Assembly: GCF_006345805.1 (NCBI RefSeq)
Contig: NC_043025.1
Coordinates: 15,748,001-15,812,000, forward strand
Reading direction: 5' to 3'
DNA: 64,000 bases
DNA from: Octopus sinensis
Taxonomy: Eukaryota
The stretch's first letter is position 1, and every line of letters starts with the position of its first letter. The position numbers were made by a program, and so were the translations under genes. The notes beneath the pieces were generated by a model. It made no database searches. It was not told where the DNA came from and was given only the letters and a program-made list of their open reading frames with translations. Shown here piece after piece: positions 35,547 through 47,663 of this stretch.

Positions 35547-38500
35547 GTAAGCTCTTCGTTTTCGTCCGTCGGTGTTTGTTATTTCATCTTTTCTTCATCC
35601 TTCGTTATATTTCCACCCGTAACTCACCCCCTGGGACAACCTCACCAGTCACTCGAAGCCTTTGGTCTTCAACTCTCATTAATTTTACAACTTTATCTCT
35701 AACTTTTCTGTAATCGCATCTACGTGAGCGTAATTTCGCGGCCCATCCCAACACAGGTCTCTCTACATATTCACACTCCGTAGTCTCCCCCCTTCAGGCA
35801 TACCTCCACATGTGTAACCCCGCTCCCCGCGCCGACTTTGTTGCCTCATAACAAAATTGGTGAACTGTACCCATATATACTAACATACATCATTTATACC
35901 TACGAAATGAAACTTGAAATTTCGAAAAAAATTGTGACTTGTGTCTGTAACTATGTATGTATGTGTGTGTTTGTGTTCAACAGTTTTATTTTTCGTGTTA
36001 AATAACGATAAAACCGTGATCTGCTGACTCTGAAAGGTATTTGTAGAAAATTTCGTCAAAAAGTAGCTACTTTTCTGCAAGTTATGAGAAAATAAAGTCG
36101 ACCCTTGCGAAATTTCCGAAACTCTTCTCAACCACTCACGGAAAAACTTTTTTTCTTTTCTTTTACAACAAATTCTGGTATAAACGAAATCTACACCATC
36201 TGAAGCGTATTTATTGAAAATTTCACTTTCGGTATTCATTTTTCTAGACGTTATGAGGAAACAAAATCTGTGGAGGGAGGGCATATGTGGAGGTATGCCA
36301 ATATGGGCAAGTTTGTGTATCTGATATCAATAATATGAGGCAGAATCATTCGCACCGGGGAAAAAGTTTAGAGCCATTTCGTGAGTTCAAATTTCTCCGA
36401 AGTCGACTTCACCTTTCATCCTTTCGGGGCCAATAAAATAAGTACCAGTTACGCACTGGGGGTCGATATCATCGCCTTACTCCCTGCCCCGAACTCGCTG
36501 GCCTTGTACCAAAATTTGAAACAAATAATACGGATAGGGCTTACGACTCTATTCAGGGGGAATATCCGCATATATCAGGGCCATAAAGAACATTCACATT
36601 CCGCAACAGATCCTTTATTGTAATGTTTAATTCCACCCTTAAGTTTTGTCAATGTTTCTTTGTGTTGTAATCTGACCTTATTTGTTTGTGTTTGCTGGGA
36701 GACAATATTTAGGTGTTACATAATCGAAAACCAGTGACTTGGCGATAACATACATGTACTGGAATGGATTTAACATCCTTAAATGTCAACGAAATTATAT
36801 AAGACGATGTCGAAGGTCGTTTGTGCTTGTCAGACCTGAGCCACGACACCTGTGACCAGTGGCATTCCAACTGTGACCATCCTGTCTTCTATTCAGATAT
36901 ACTCTATCTAGGACGACGTTATGTAATGTATGAGTCCTTGTAGTAGTAGTAGTAGTTTAGCCCCAGGTCAATCCTGATCGAGCAGACCTGTGATCAAAGA
37001 TGGTCCAAAAAATTGTGGCCATCCTGTCCTTTATTCGGGCATAGAGCATCGAAGACTGAATTATCTAGCGTGTTCGTTGTTGTTGTTGTTGTTGTTTAGC
37101 CCTAGGTCAGTCCTGATCCATCAGACCGATAATCAAAGGAGATCCAGCTGTGATCATCCCATCTTTTATTCAGGCATAGTGTATCTAGGACAAAGTGATT
37201 TAATGTGTCTTTTTTCCTTGACGCTGTTGTTTATTCTCAAGACAGCCGTGATCTGGTCGACCTCTCACCAAAGATCTATCATCAGCTGTGACAATCACGC
37301 TCATTATTCAAGTTAATTACATCCAGGCCTGCATTATATAATGTGTCCTTCCTCTGTTAAAGACATAGGCTGCGACGTCAGTGGAGATTTTGTTACTATT
37401 TCCAGTGAAAATTTTGACACCATATTTACGAATAATGAAGGTTTAAGTGAAGTTAAAGGTCTCTGTACGTTTCCGAATGTCTGGATGTGTGTGTGTATTG
37501 ATATATTACATAGGCGCAGGTGTGGTTGCGTGGTAAGAAGTTCCCTTCCCAACTACACGGATCTCGGGTTCAATCCCACTGCATGGCACCTTGGGCAAGT
37601 GTCTTTTACTATAGCTCGACGCCGACCAAAATTTTGTGTGCTGATTTGGAAGACGGAAACTAAAAGAAGCCTGTCCTACATATCTATATGTGTGTCTGCC
37701 TGACAACCGGTGTTTGTTTGTTTGCGTTTCAGTAAATTAGCGATTCTAGAAGAGCCGCATAGGAAATATAGCAGGCTTTAAAAATTACTGATCAATTCGT
37801 TCGACTAAAAGCCCTTCGAGGTGGTGTCCCGGCATGACCACCATCCGAGAGAGAGAAAGAGAGAGAATCTATGTCCATTTACAGACTTCCTACTGAGTTA
37901 TCTCCCTTCTAACTTGTTTTATAAGATTTGTCATTCTTGGTATGTGCCATGTATTATGTAATCTACCATTCATATGTATATAGGTAGATATATATTCTTG
38001 GAATGTTGAATATATTATGTAATATACATACATACATTATGTAACATATATATATATACATATGTATTTCTTATATAATAGAAAGTCTGTTGAGATAACT
38101 TTATAAATACCATGAACTAAGATCACACTGAAATGTTAATATGAATCGAATGAAATCAGTAAAGTAGTTTTCAAGATATTAGGGATTTTCAGGTATAAAT
38201 ACCCAAAATGGTGCATAATGGGAAAATGTTCCAAAACTAATCTTCATTCTGAAAGGGAAGAAAATTTTATCTTTCTATTGGTCTGTGAGTTGGCAACGAA
38301 AAAATACGATTTTTTTATAATTTCTATTTTCACTTTTGTTAAACACAATATTTTAATCATTTAGAAATATTTTTAAGTGAATGTGATTTCAAAAATGTAA
38401 ATTGTTTGTACAGTAAGTATTTATGTTTTAGCTTTCTTTTAACAGACAATATATTAATGTTTCTGAAATTATTTTCAAATGAATCCCATTACAAAAATTT

Positions 38501-38760
38501 TTTTGGCATATTCAAAAAATATTCTAAAGTGAAAATTACTTTAAAAATACGGTAAATATTTTGTAAAGGATTCGTTTGTAACCTCAGTGTGAAATAGTTT
38601 CTTTCGAGTGCAATACAATGTATCACACCATACCATGCAACAACAGTTGCCCAGTGACCCAGCAGGTCATGGGTAGTCTAGTATATATGTGTGTGTATGT
38701 ATATATATATATATATATGTGAATAAATAAATGGAGTCGAACGAAGATGTTAACAAAATT

Positions 38761-38850
38761 CCTTTACTCTCGACATATGTTTCGAAGACATGGTTTTATT
38801 CCAAAGGAATAAACGGTGCAAGATGCAATCTCCTCATCAGGAAAGAAAGG
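38761..38850 (-). ncRNA. Type I hammerhead ribozyme, full canonical core
   Basis: CUGAUGA 38840-38834; stem II GGAGA/UCUUC; GAAAC-AUAU-GUC; stem I CUUUC/GAGAG extendable to about 10 bp; predicted cut 38772/38771. Confidence 0.85.
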
Positions 38851-39148
38851 GAGCCTCTCTCAACAACAAGACAAAACAAAAATTGCGATGGCTGCCTACA
38901 TGGTAAACAAACCATGTTGTCTTCGAAACATATGTCGAGAGTAAAGGAATTTTGTTAACATCTTCGTTCAACTCCATTCATTTATTTATTCATATATAAC
39001 ACACAAATTTCTGCACATGAACCCAGAGTTTCTACCCTTGGACAGGTCGCTTCAACCGTGTTTCTAACGTGAATTTGCTACCCTGGTTTCGGTTCATCGA
39101 ATTTTCCATTTTGACAGTAAACATAGGATAATTCATTCACCTATCGAA

Positions 39149-39200
<52 letters not shown>

Positions 39201-40392
39201 ATTCTTATCTATTTATATATATATATTATAGAATTTTATCTATCTATATATATATCATTATATTTATATATGTTGAATTTTATATCCATTCTGTAGATAT
39301 AAATGAATATATGAATATGTGTATGTATTTAATCTTTGAGTGTGGATCTTCGTAATGTTCCTTTAGTTCCTGCTCGCATTGCCTCCCTTCAAATAAAGGA
39401 GTGGAATACAGCTCATTTGGAGCACTACAACTCCAGTTTGTATTATATTTGGAGTATTGTTATTACTAGCGATCCTAAGATATAACTGTGTATTTTGTTT
39501 ATATATATATATATATAAGTCATAAGATACAGTGTACATTTAAACACATAAGGAATCCACTCATGGAAATCAACACGCTAGAAAGAACAGCTAGGTTCTA
39601 TAACCACAAAAATTAGGGATAAAATTCGACAGGAACGAAATGAAAAAATAAAAACATTTTACCATCAAGTTCCCTGGATCAATTGGTTCTTGATTTTAGT
39701 TTAGCAAGCAAATAATATTTGCTCACGAGGTGAAATCAGGAACCAATTGGTCCAGGGAACTTGATGGTAAAATGTTTTTATTTTTTCATTTCATTCCTGT
39801 CGAATTTTCTAGCATGTTGAATTCCTGTAAGTGGATTCCTTATGTATTTAAATGTACACTGTATATTATGACTAATTCATAGTCTTTTGGGACTAAATTT
39901 TTATTCGTTAGGCCACTGGAAGTGAAAATTTTAATTAATTTTCCATTTCCCTTTGATATGTTTAAGTATATATATATATGGAGGCGCAATGGCCCAGTGG
40001 TTAGGGCAGCGGACTCACGATTCCCAAACAGGGCGTTGTGAGTGTTTATTGAGCAAAAACACCTAAAGCTCCATGAGGCTCCGGCAGGGGGTGGTGGCGA
40101 TCCCTGCTGTACTCTTTCGCCCCAACTTTCTCTCACTCTTTCTTCTGTTGGCCTGCTCGCTTAGCCAGCGGGGTGGCGTCATTTAAAGGCTAAAACAATT
40201 CGAAGCGCATTGTGACCAGCGATGTGTCCCAGTTTGTATTTTTCTACATATAATAATATATATAGCGGCACCCGTACCCTCTTTGGCCTTGTATGTAAGT
40301 ACGTATTTCTTTAAATTTGGTACTACTCTATAACACTGTCTCTCTCTCCTACATTTCTCTGCCTTTCACACTTTGCACTCTACTTTGATCTG

Positions 40393-40429
<37 letters not shown>

Positions 40430-41119
40430 CTCCTCCTTTTCTCTTTTCTTGCCTCTTATTCTTTGGTCTCCTCTTCCCCCACTCTCTCACATTTCTCTGA
40501 CTTTCTCACTTTGCACCTCACTGATTCTGTCGCCAAGCCAATCCTTGGCACGCTCTCTTTCTTCTCCCCTCTTTAATTCCTTCTTTCTCTCTCTTCTCCC
40601 CGCTTTGGTGCCTTCGTCCCTTTTCTCTCTCTCTCTCTCTCTCTTTGATTCCTTTGCCCCCTTTTTTTCTCTCTCTTCTCCTCTTGCGTGACCGCTGGTC
40701 AACCAGCCTTTCGGCTTCTAACCAGCGCCACGAGAACATCGTTTTCTTCGTCTGCCGAAAAAGGCATTTTTTTCCAAATACGCCAGCTAAACTAAGTTGT
40801 ACTGTTTATTAGTCGTAAGACACCCGCTGTTTTTGTCCTGTTATTACTATTATTGTTTTTTTGTATTTATATTCGTGTGGCATCGTCCGTTTTTCTGTCC
40901 CTGTTTCGTATACATTCGATCCTTCTTCCAAGAAATCTAATGCTCGTAGCTTAGTTTTTCCTTGGGGCTGGCCGGATCGGAGCGATCTCAAGATTAATCA
41001 GCCGAAATTGCAAGGATGATCCGGTTCTTGACTGAAGATTGAAGGCTTCAAATGTCCCATCCGTGTTTTTTGTATCGTCTTCTAAATGTTTTACGTTCTT
41101 GTCCCAGTTTGTATTTTTC

Positions 41120-41166
<47 letters not shown>

Positions 41167-41278
41167 TTGTACTGAAAACAAAAGACAAAGATAGGTGAAG
41201 GAACAAGAAGCAGTTGTTTGGCCCTTTTTTTTTTCTCCTCTCTTATTTTTCTCTTGAACTCCTTCTTACAGGTTCTTT

Positions 41279-41707
41279 ATGGTGTCGGGGTTTCTGAGGC
41301 GAACATTAAAGGTCGGTTTTGCTTGTGGCACCGTTGCTACAACCGCAGTCCTGCTCCAAAAGAATGGCTGGGAAGTGTCATCCCTCGGTGTCTTTCGATT
41401 CAGCAGGGCAGGGTTCGCTGCTTTGTACCTTGCTTGTGACTACAAAATCTCCCTATGGAACCTAGACCCAAATGCCAAAGATTATGAAGCAATTAAGTCA
41501 AGCATCCACACCAGGTCTGCAGAGAGACTACGCAACGTCTGTTTGGAAAATGGTGGTGTTTTCATCAAAGTGGGTCAGCATATTGGATCTTTGGACTACC
41601 TGTTGCCCAAGGAATACGTAAGCACAATGGCATTGCTCTATGACAAGGTACCTATCACCCCAGTTGATAAAATGTTCGCCGTTTTCAAAAAGGAATTCAA
41701 TCAAGAG
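41279..41707 (+). CDS. ADCK1: ADCK1 coding exon 1 (MVSGFLRR...KKEFNQE)
   Basis: Acceptor cttacag|g with exon start 41272, ATG at 41279, donor gag|gtaaga; GGVFIKVGQH. Confidence 0.93.
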
Positions 41708-42631
41708 GTAAGAGAATATAATTTGTTGTAAATATTTATGTTGTAGGCATCATCATCATCATCATCCATCATCATCATCATTATTCAGCATCCCTTTCTT
41801 ACATGGTGGCACAGATCGGATAGTTTGACAGGGGCTGCCCAACCAAACAGCGCCACCAGTCTCCAATTCTCTTTTCTCTTTTTACTTGTTTCAGTCATTT
41901 TGACTGCGGCCATGCTGGAGCACCGCCTTTAATCGAGCAACTCGACCCCAGGACTTATTCCTTGTAAGCCCAGTACTTATTCTATCGGTCTCTTTTGCCG
42001 AACCGCTAAGTGATGGGGACGTAAACACACCAGCATAGGTTGTCAAGCAATGCTAGGGGGACAAACATTTGCTAAAATTTGGTTAAAGTGATTCAAACTG
42101 CAGACTCAATGCAAAATGGTCACATTTAATTCAAAGCGTTAAAAATGTTATGAAAACAATAGGTATGTGTTCACAAAGTCCAAACGATTAATACGAAAAA
42201 ACCCTCCAGGCTACATCCCGAAAATTCATTTCTTTGCCAAATTTCTACAATGTTTACGGCGATTCATTTTTATATCTTGATTTTTTATTGTTCATGCAAT
42301 TTACGCATGCTTGCACGCGTGGTGAACACAGTTCACGTCAAACAGCTGACTGAGTAAAGTTCACTATTCAATGCATGGATAAGGCCTAAACAAACACATT
42401 ATTGATTTTTGCGCTTGCGAGATGAATTTCGGAACAGAAATAGCGCAGTTCAATTTTCATTCGCCTAAACTTTAAGTGACCCATTTTTGGTGGTTCTACG
42501 ATTTGTTGGCTAGGAGGAGATGTGCCGGGAAGTTAAACACACAGACACACACAAGTTGAGTTTTATATATATAGATGTACATTATACACACTCACACACG
42601 TAATTTCTTTGTCTCTGTTTTGTTTTCCCAG

Positions 42632-42790
42632 CCCAAAGATGTGTTCTCCTACATTGACCCCAACCCAATTGGCTCAGCATCCCTGTCTCAGGTCTACAAG
42701 GCACAGTTGAAAGATGGCACAGACGTCGCCGTGAAGATCCAATACCCTCAGGTGAAAGCAAGGTCATACGTTGACATTAAGACCATGACG
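42632..42790 (+). CDS. ADCK1: ADCK1 coding exon 2 (PKDVFSYID...VDIKTMT)
   Basis: ttcccag| and |gtaagt, 159 nt, GSASLSQVYKA and VAVKIQY. Confidence 0.94.
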
Positions 42791-43573
42791 GTAAGTTGGG
42801 CTGTCGGGGGATTAGGGGTTTGTGGGATTGCAGAAGGATCAGGGTGAGGGTAGAGGTGGCTTGTGGATGAGGGGGTGAGACATCCTGTGGGGAATTTTGC
42901 ATGAGTATATATGGCTGTGTGGTAAGACCTTTTCTTCCCAACCACATGCATCCAGGTTCAGTCCCACTTCCTGTATACATAGAGTTGTAAAAGTAAATTT
43001 ATTTGTCAATATGGAGATATCCAAATGCTTGTAATATTTGCATTTATCTTCTGAATATATTTAGCTTTTGTATCTATAGATATCAAGCCTAACCCTAACT
43101 GTATATATACAAAATATGGGGGTTTAGTTCACGGGTGATCTAAACAACTAGGTACTCTAGGCAAATGCTGTAACAGGTTACCAGGGCTCCAGCCTCATCA
43201 CCGAGACAGGACTTGTGGAACCATTGTAGGGTTCCGATATAATTGTTAAAGGAACAACAAACACTAAAGCAAGACAAACATCTGAAGTCATAGACATTAT
43301 TATTATTATTAGAAAAATTCAAAAATATATATAGATTCAGATGAATATAGTAATTAAGTCAGAGGCACCAGAATTCTGTATGGTGTTATCCATATAAATC
43401 CATGGGGTGATTATAATCAAAATAAGCAACAAGAATATCTTAGGTAATTTGGTACAATCATTTCATGCTACTTCATTTTATTAAACATTGTAAGTTCCAT
43501 CAAATGGACAATACATATTCTTATTGAAATGAAAATAAGAATATGTATTGTCTGTTTGATGGAAGACTTCTAT

Positions 43574-43660
43574 AAATGGCTGAAGATTGCTCAACATTTT
43601 AAAACTAATGTAATATAATGTTTAATAAAATGAAGTAGCATGAAACAATTGTACCAAATT
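43574..43660 (+). ncRNA. Degenerate type I hammerhead, same family as 14026-14116
   Basis: CUGAAGA 43580-43586; (U)UGCU/AGCA(U) stem II with U-U at base; GAAAC-AAUU-GUA-CCAAAUU. Confidence 0.55.
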
Positions 43661-43803
43661 ACCCAAGATATACTTGTTGCTTATTTTGACATATATATAT
43701 ATATAGATATATACATGTTTGTGTGTGTATGTATGTACACACACACACACGTATGTAGCTGAATCAGTTTCTGGTTAATTCGATATTTTTGTATTTCTCC
43801 CAG

Positions 43804-43962
43804 TTTTTAGTGAAGGCCATAAAATACATTTTCCCTGGTTTTAAATACACTTGGTTGGCTCAAGAAACCGAGAGGAATCTGCCACTGGAATTGGATTTCC
43901 TTCAAGAAGGCAAAAACTGTGAAAAAGTCTCCAAAATGCTTCAACATTTCAGTTTTTTAAAA
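43804..43962 (+). CDS. ADCK1: ADCK1 coding exon 3 (FLVKAIK...QHFSFLK)
   Basis: ctcccag| and |gtaagt, 159 nt, NLPLELDFLQEG. Confidence 0.94.
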
Positions 43963-44024
43963 GTAAGTGCAGCTCCTCTGCTTATGATTTACCTTCTATA
44001 TAAACATACCTATACATCATCATA

Positions 44025-44155
44025 CAGTGTGTCCCCAAAAAATGTATACACACCTTAAATAATTGTAAATTTGTTATTCTTTGTAAGCCTAGTACTTATT
44101 CTATCGTTCTCTTTTGCCGAACCACTATGTGTATACATTTTTTTGGGACACCCTG
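44025..44155. mobile_element. Tc1/mariner-type MITE
   Basis: TA|CAGTGTGTCCCCAAAAAATGTATACAC ... GTGTATACATTTTTTTGGGACACCCTG|TA. Confidence 0.7.
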
Positions 44156-44284
44156 TATATGGGGTCGATTTCTTCAACTAAAGGTGGTGCTCCAGTATGG
44201 CTGCAGTAAATGACTGCAACATATAAAAGAGTAAAAAAGTATATACATACACACACACACATACACACACATAGACACATATCT

Positions 44285-44700
44285 TCTTCTTCCTATCTAG
44301 TTTCAGCTCATGAGCTGTGGCCATGCTGGGGCACTGCCATTCGGTGTTGCTACATGATTTTACTTCATGAATGCTTTTTAGCAATTGCCATTTGGTGCAT
44401 GAGAGAGTTCGATGCAGCTGCCCTCATCTGCACCTCCTGCCGTGAAGTTGGTTCATCTGGGACACCTGACAGGAAGAGATCCAGTTTCATTTTAAAGACA
44501 TCTGCATCCACCCTATGCAGGTCTCTTAGGTTCTTCGGGAGGATATTGAATAGCTGTGGACCTCTGAAGCCCAGGCTATCACAGTATCTTGTCCTACATC
44601 TTGATGGCAAATTTGGAGTCCTTGGCACCATGCAGTGGCACCCAGTTCTGGCATTTGTGTAACTCTCGATGCCAAAGTTTGGGACAAGTCCTTCCAGGAT
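44285..44700 (-). mobile_element. LINE 3' end (CR1/L2 superclade) with hairpin tail shared with the main SINE
   Basis: SLGFRGPQLFNILPKNLRDL...FKMKLDLFLSGVPDEP; tail ggcagtgccccagcatggccacagctcatgagctgaaac. Confidence 0.75.
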
Positions 44701-45639
44701 CTTCCAGATGTATATATATATATTTCACCTTTTTGATACCAGCCCACCTGTGACCACCTCTCCTGATTCTCTAATACAAACTTCCTATTTTAAACTGATC
44801 TCAATTGAAACCTCCCATCAAAATTCCTTGTTAATTTACGTTCCACACACCAGCTTTGTAATGGCAATGATTTTTGGTTGTCTTTCGTTTTTTTTTGTTT
44901 TTTTTAAATTCTTCATTATTCTCAAAATGAATTGCAACAAAGGCAGTATATTTCTACAGAAATATCCTAGTTATATGATTTAACCTTCCAGAATTTCCAT
45001 CCTGTTTGTCTTTGATGCCAACCCTCCAAAGATTGTCCCTGCTACAATCTTCTTGTTTTCAACTGATCAAAATTAAAATCTTCCATCAAGATTCCATGTT
45101 AATTAATATTCCAAAGACCAAATTAACTGAAACAAAGGCTGTGTATAATCAACAGAACTATCCTAGTCACATGGTTCAGCTTCCGGATCTTTCCAACCTC
45201 CCACAGACTATCCTTGGTTCTAAGAATCAAACTCCTTCTTCAAACTGATCAAAATTTCAAGCTTAACAATGTCGAATTTATTTTATTAAATTCTTTATTA
45301 TTTCCGAAACAAAGACAAACTTGTAGAAAAGATTGTTTGCCAACATAACATGGCAGGCCTGGTTTAGGACGAATGTTGCTGTAATTTAGCCCCAGGAGAC
45401 ATCGTCTCCAGCTGGCTCTATGACACGATCCGTGTCCTTATATTTTGAAACAAGGGAATCTTGCCCCCCTGCCTCACTCAGATCAAAACAATATCTGTGT
45501 ATCGTGATTTCTGGGTTATTTCCCTTCATCAGCTCAGAATAAGAAAGTGTATTTCCAGAGAAATATGCTAACAAAAGGGATTAAGATGTAGTCACTGTGT
45601 ATTTTCTCTAAAACAAGACACCTATTCTTGTCCCTTTCT

Positions 45640-46745
45640 TTTAATAATAATAATAATAATAATAATGAAATTATTGTATACAGTGCTCAGGTGCACCACA
45701 ACTTGTCAAAAAGTGCGTATAAAGTATATGCAGTAATGTACAAATGTCTGGGAAGCGAACAATGCATGAGTCAGATACATGCTTGCTTGTGTGTATGGAG
45801 GGGAGAAAATCAGGTGTAGTGTTGGCGAATCTCAGGAAGCATGGAAGTTTTGAAGGATGCAGTGCTCCGACAACTAACAACTGATGCTGGCAGTTTGTTC
45901 CATGCTTCAGCGTGTGTATGGAGGGGAGAAAATCAGGTGTAGTGTTGGCGAATCTCAGGAAGCATGGAAGTTTTGAAGGATGCAGTGCTCCGACAACTAA
46001 CAACTGATGCTGGCAGTTTGTTCCATGCTTCAGCGTGTGTATGGAGGGGAGAAAATCAGGTGTAGTGTTGGCGAATCTCAGGAAGCATGGAAGTTTTGAA
46101 GGATGCAGTGCTCCGACAACCAACAACTGATGCCGGCAGTTTGTTCCATGCTTCAGCGTGTGTATGGAGGGGAGAAAGATCAGGTGTAGTGTTGGCGAAT
46201 CTCTCAGGAAGCATGGAAGTTTTGAAGGATGCAGTGCTCCGACAACCAACAACTGATGCCGGCAGTTTGTTCCATGCTTCAGCGTGTGTATGGAGGGGAG
46301 AAAGATCAGGTGTAGTGTTGGCGAATCTCGGGAAGCATGGAAGTTTTGAAGGATGCAGTGCTCCGATAACTAACAACTGATACTGGCAGTTTCTTCCATG
46401 CTTCAGCAACTCTCAGCGTGAAAAAATGTTTCTGAAAGTCATGGGAGCTGTGCTGTTTTCTGACTTTGTAAATATGTCCACGGGTGTTAGACGGGTGGAG
46501 TTTGAAAAGGTGCTCAGAGTTATTGTTTGTACGATGGTTGATAATTTTATCGGTGTCTGCCAAGTCAGCTGCCAGACGTCGGAGTTTCAATGTATCCATG
46601 CCCAGGGAAGTAAGGCGTTCAGGATATGGCAAATGCCTGATGGAGGGTATTCTCTTGATTGCACATCGCTGAACAGCTTCCAGACGATTGATATTCTGGG
46701 CAAGATAGGGGTTCCAGACTGGTGATGCAAATTCCAGGTGAGGTG
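45640..46745 (-). mobile_element. CR1/L2-like LINE 3' end with 5 tandem copies of a ~123-bp terminal segment
   Basis: YPERLTSLGMDTLKLRRL...TRGHIYK...FFTLRVAEAWKKLP; (TTA)n tail on minus strand. Confidence 0.88.
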
Positions 46746-47100
46746 TTTAGCCCTTCACAATTCATACTCACCTTCACCTAAAAGCAAGAGCTTTTTCCTT
46801 TTCCATTTTCCATGCCTGTCTTGCAAGTGACTCAGCAACCCCACAAGTACCAGTCCCTGAAAACAACACCCAGTACAACTCTGTGAAGCTGTTGGTGTGA
46901 GGGAGGGCATCGAGCTGGAGAAACCACCCAGTGCCCACTTTAAAGGGGTTGGCGTTAGAAGGGGCATCTGGATGAAGAAACCAGGTGAAAGCCAACACGG
47001 AAACTTGATGCAGCTCACTGGATCCTGTCAAACCGTCCAACCCATGCTAGCATGGAAAATGGATATTAAATGAGGATGAGCATATTGACATGGATGGATG

Positions 47101-47663
47101 TGTAACGAAGGATCTGTTATCAATTCACTGAAAGGGTGTCGATGTCCGATCTAGTAACATATAAATTTTATAAGGCAATACAGACGAAGTCAGGTTAAAA
47201 GGTGAAAAGACAGTAGTTCTGGTTTGTTTATTGCGATGTCGTACGTGTGTCTGGTGGGAGAAAGACAGCCTCTGATATACAGCTTCGTGTTAGTTTGTTG
47301 AAGTTGGTTGATGGTCGTTGGCGCTATGTCGTAGCACGAGTGGAGGTTGTCAGAGCCTGGCGAATGCACGTCCGATCGCAATGCTGTCTAGCCGAAGAGA
47401 GAGATTTGAGCTTGGCGGGCTTGAGGGAACGTTTTCCCGCACATGCGCATGGGGAAGACTTCCGGTGGCCACCCGGAAGTAGTCCCATTCTGCGCATGCG
47501 CGCTGAACCCTACACAGTAGCATCACTACAGATGAATGGCTGGTGTAGACTTAGTAAATACCCCAGTATATTTCTGGTATTTTGTAATCTGTAAATGAAT
47601 CTCTTTACTTGAGTCAGTAAGAGACCCCCTCCATGCAGGGTTCAAGAAACAACACTTCGTTCA
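47101..47663 (-). mobile_element. Probable solo LTR in ADCK1 intron 3
   Basis: Ends TGTAACGAAG / CTTCGTT-CA; minus-strand TATATCAG near 47275 then AATAAA near 47230; no clear TSD. Confidence 0.45.

Noticed and set aside
35797-36299. 18-bp inverted repeat GGCATACCTCCACAT.TG
   Set aside because: Probably an old MITE, but no TSD or family assignment is supportable
39070-39105. TCGATGA-ACC-GAAAC-CAGG-GTA on the minus strand
   Set aside because: No stem II and an altered core
42087-42471. Possible Kolobok-type element (TTAA|AG...CT|TTAA)
   Set aside because: Terminal inverted repeats do not extend beyond 3 bp
45789-46405. CRISPR-like or repeat-protein array
   Set aside because: No spacers; it is a duplicated LINE terminus in eukaryotic DNA
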